Position numbers and translations under genes: made by a program. This document shows positions 47,157 to 49,607 of a stretch of 49,607 nt of DNA, piece after piece (positions within the stretch are counted from its first letter, which is position 1; the number at the start of each line of letters is the position of its first letter). This DNA is from Candidatus Nitrosopelagicus sp. (GTDB lineage: Archaea; Thermoproteota; Nitrososphaeria; Nitrososphaerales; Nitrosopumilaceae): contig DASCPJ010000102.1 in assembly GCA_036012445.1 (NCBI GenBank), forward strand, positions 1 through 49,607, in the 5' to 3' direction. A model generated the notes under the pieces. That model had not been told where the DNA came from. It made no database searches and worked only from the letters and a program-made list of their open reading frames with translations.

Positions 47157-47230
47157 GGGCCGATGGTCTAGTTGGTTAGGATACTGCCTCGACACGGCAG
47201 TGGTCGAGAGTTCAAATCTCTCTCGGCCCA
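47157..47230 (+). tRNA. tRNA-Val (GAC)
   Basis: Acceptor GGGCCGA/TCGGCCC, anticodon arm CTGCC-TCGACAC-GGCAG, T-loop TTCAAAT. Confidence 0.94.
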
Positions 47231-47257
47231 TTTATTCTATTAATTTAGATCATATGA

Positions 47258-47752
47258 TCATAATGATTTTTCAAAATTCACTTCAATCAGTTGCCATGCA
47301 GTTTCAACAGTATATTGACCAATTACACTATATGTTACATCCTCTCCATTTACAATTGCTGAATATTCGTCTTGGTTACCGTCAGATAGAGGAATGACGA
47401 TGTAACTATCTAAAGGAAGTTCTTTGCCAGGGAAAAACGGAATTCTTCCCGTCATAGGTATATCTTCAGATGAATAAGATGAACTTCCCATACTTTTTCC
47501 ATTAATAAATAATTCATAACTAACTACTGGTACAGTAATAGTTTTTTCAGCATGATTTTTTAGCAAAAATACAACTTTCAATTTAATTTTATTATCAATA
47601 CTATCAACATTCACCAATTCAATACTACCAAGCTTCAACTCACTTTTTTCTAATTCAGGAATATCAAGCAGAGAAACATACACCATTCCTCCCATAAATG
47701 CTAATAAAAGTACGATAGCGATATACAGAATTATTTTACCAGGAGGTTTCAA
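47258..47752 (-). CDS. LEA type 2 / WHy-domain membrane-anchored protein
   Basis: N-terminal TM; LKVVFLLKN...VSYELFINGKSMG pattern. Confidence 0.8.
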   Translation of the reverse strand: MKPPGKIILYIAIVLLLAFMGGMVYVSLLDIPELEKSELKLGSIELVNVDSIDNKIKLKVVFLLKNHAEKTITVPVVSYELFINGKSMGSSSYSSEDIPMTGRIPFFPGKELPLDSYIVIPLSDGNQDEYSAIVNGEDVTYSVIGQYTVETAWQLIEVNFEKSL

Positions 47753-47833
47753 ATCATTTTTTTGTGAGTCCTTGAATTAAAAAACCTTGCCAGAATTCAT
47801 ATGTCTAATATTTGAGGAGCTAATTGGATATTC

Positions 47834-48328
47834 ATGGCCATAGAACAAACCATTATCACTTGGATCCATCTTCTTAGTGCATCTATTTGGGTAGGGGGTT
47901 CAATTTTCCTTGGGGCTGTTTTAGCACCACTTTTGAAAAAAATGTCGTTGTCTATTGATGAAAGATTAGCATTAATGATCAAAACTGGTAGACGCTTTAA
48001 CAAGATCGCTCTCCCTTCACTCATGATTTTGATTGCCACAGGGATTTACAACTCTCATTTAGTATTGCAGAGTCCAGAAATATTATTTTCAAGCAGTTAT
48101 GGGGCATATTTAATTACAAAAATCATTCTTGTTATAGCTCTGATTATCACTTTTGCGGTTCATATCAGAATATTTAGCAAAGATGTTGAAGAAAAAATAA
48201 TAGCTAAGCAAATACCTGATAATGAATTACAAAAACTAAATAAAAAAGGCATGATCTTAGGAGAAACTACAGTTATAATTTCTGTAACCATATTATTTTT
48301 TGCAGCGTTGCTTAATACCGGCATTTGA
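47834..48328 (+). CDS. CopD-family (copper resistance D-like) membrane protein
   Basis: WIHLLSASIWVGG, RRFNKIA...ATGIYN and YG..L..KI motifs. Confidence 0.85.
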   Translation: MAIEQTIITWIHLLSASIWVGGSIFLGAVLAPLLKKMSLSIDERLALMIKTGRRFNKIALPSLMILIATGIYNSHLVLQSPEILFSSSYGAYLITKIILVIALIITFAVHIRIFSKDVEEKIIAKQIPDNELQKLNKKGMILGETTVIISVTILFFAALLNTGI

Positions 48329-48361
48329 TATATTTTTTAAACATTGTCTAGAAACAATATT

Positions 48362-48856
48362 ATGAATGGACTTTTAATTGGCAGATTTCAACCATTTCAT
48401 TTAGGACATCTGGAGGCCGTGAATTTTGCATTGGATAAGGTAGAAAATCTTTGGATTGGTATTGGAAGCTCGAATAAATATAATGAAAAGAAAAACCCTT
48501 TTTCTGCTGATGAGAGAAGGAAAATGATTACTTTATCAGTTAATGATTCAATTATCACTCGCATCAAAATTTTTGATATACCTGATGTTGATGATCATGA
48601 GAAATGGACCTACAGCATAGATAAGATTGTACCAGAATACAATCTAGTTTTTTCAAATGATAAATTTACTGATAATTTGTATAAAAGACGTAATATTGAT
48701 GTGATAACGGTTCCATTAAAAGATCGGCAAAAATTTTCAGGAACAAACATACGCGAGCTAATAGCGGACGATAAAAACTGGCAAGATTTGGTTCCGCAAG
48801 GAACGCGAAAAGTCCTAGATAATCTGAACGCCAAAGAACGTCTAAAAGATCTGTAA
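48362..48856 (+). CDS. nadM: Nicotinamide-nucleotide adenylyltransferase
   Basis: IGRFQPFHLGH, NPFSADER, SGTNIR and WQDLVP motifs. Confidence 0.93.
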   Translation: MNGLLIGRFQPFHLGHLEAVNFALDKVENLWIGIGSSNKYNEKKNPFSADERRKMITLSVNDSIITRIKIFDIPDVDDHEKWTYSIDKIVPEYNLVFSNDKFTDNLYKRRNIDVITVPLKDRQKFSGTNIRELIADDKNWQDLVPQGTRKVLDNLNAKERLKDL

Positions 48857-48897
48857 TTATAAATAAAGCCATATAACAATTCAATCAGGTAATTATT

Positions 48898-49607
48898 TTG
48901 GAATATCTATCAATGCTACCCGGTCCGACAAATGTACCAAACAGAGTTATGCGAGCAATGCTTGCACCAATAATTAATCATAGAAGTGATGATTTTGTTG
49001 AATTGTATACTGATGTTATTTCAAAAACACAGCAAGTCTTTGAAACACAGAATGATGTTGTAGCATTATCTGCATCTGGAACTGGGGCAGTTGAAGCAGG
49101 CGTTGTAAATATTGTTAAAAAAGATGATAAAGTCATCATACCTGTAAATGGAGAATTTAGTAACAGATTATCACAATTAATAGAAGGTCAAGGTGCAAAT
49201 GTAATCAGATTAGAAACACCTCCTGGAGAAAATGCAACTTTTGATCAAGTAAAAGAAGCTTTTGATAATAACAACGATGTCAAAGCATTCTATGTTGTTC
49301 ATAATGAAACTTCTACCGGTACAATGGTAAATTATCTCGATAAAGTCTCAGACCTAACATCACGTAATGATTCAATGTACATAGTAGATTCAGTTTCATT
49401 ACTCGGTGGCACATCATTACCTGTTGATAAATGGAACATTGATGTATGTATGACTGGTGCACAAAAAGCAATTGCTGCTCCACCCGGAATTTCTCCAATA
49501 TCTATAAGCCCTAAAGCTAAAAAATACATGATTGAAAATCCACCTGCAACAATGTACTTTAACCTAGCACGATATTTCAAGTACTACGAAGAATCTAAAC
49601 ATACTCC
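48898..49607 (+). CDS. Class V PLP aminotransferase (alanine-glyoxylate / serine-pyruvate family), truncated by the window end
   Basis: Not in the ORF track (no stop); TTG start, MLPGPTNVP, SASGTGAVE, HNETSTG, VDSVS and TGAQKAIAAPPG motifs. Confidence 0.92.
   Translation, partial: MEYLSMLPGPTNVPNRVMRAMLAPIINHRSDDFVELYTDVISKTQQVFETQNDVVALSASGTGAVEAGVVNIVKKDDKVIIPVNGEFSNRLSQLIEGQGANVIRLETPPGENATFDQVKEAFDNNNDVKAFYVVHNETSTGTMVNYLDKVSDLTSRNDSMYIVDSVSLLGGTSLPVDKWNIDVCMTGAQKAIAAPPGISPISISPKAKKYMIENPPATMYFNLARYFKYYEESKHT

Noticed and set aside
10753-47230. Integrated element or provirus at any of the three tRNAs
   Set aside because: No integrase, no duplicated tRNA 3' end and no viral hallmark genes were seen
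47146-47397. 83-aa ORF on the plus strand
   Set aside because: Overlaps tRNA-Val and is antisense to the LEA-2 gene
216-49580. Numerous 60-143 aa ORFs antisense to or overlapping well-supported genes (e.g. 216-410, 2779-3069, 22768-23049, 25315-25692, 39162-39593, 49332-49580)
   Set aside because: Shadow ORFs with no recognisable motifs, lying wholly or largely within confident CDSs

Overview
AT-rich, gene-dense archaeal chromosomal segment of about 49.6 kb. Gene content points to a marine ammonia-oxidising thaumarchaeon (Nitrosopumilaceae; Nitrosopelagicus/Nitrosopumilus-like): thermosome, TFB, GINS, archaeal CCA-adding enzyme, an ESCRT-III/Snf7 paralog, WIKNNAGWWA-repeat and CFI-box-CTERM surface proteins. 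This assignment is an inference. Most of the window is core housekeeping: glyA, ths, glnA, cca, thpR, rnz, prs, tfb, queE/folE/queC, thrB, cysH/sat, nth, nadM and a partial class-V aminotransferase. There are three tRNA genes: Pro-GGG, Arg-CCT with a D-loop intron, and Val-GAC with C33. I found no mobile element, CRISPR array or rRNA. The most interesting signals lie outside the ORF track: (i) a 73-nt ncRNA-like gene at 36012-36084 (minus strand) with promoter-like and terminator-like flanks, kink-turn-type boxes and a 3' ACA; (ii) a predicted four-way-junction RNA and an 18-bp palindrome downstream of the thermosome gene; (iii) an unannotated 36-aa metallothionein-like peptide and a 32-aa C2HC zinc-finger peptide; (iv) a wHTH / membrane-tethered wHTH / secreted-protein operon with direct repeats, a G8 tract and a hairpin over a start codon; (v) a 1039-aa NHL-cyclophilin-CFI-box surface protein. 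All functional calls come from motif recognition by eye, and RNA structures were paired by hand; no searches were run.
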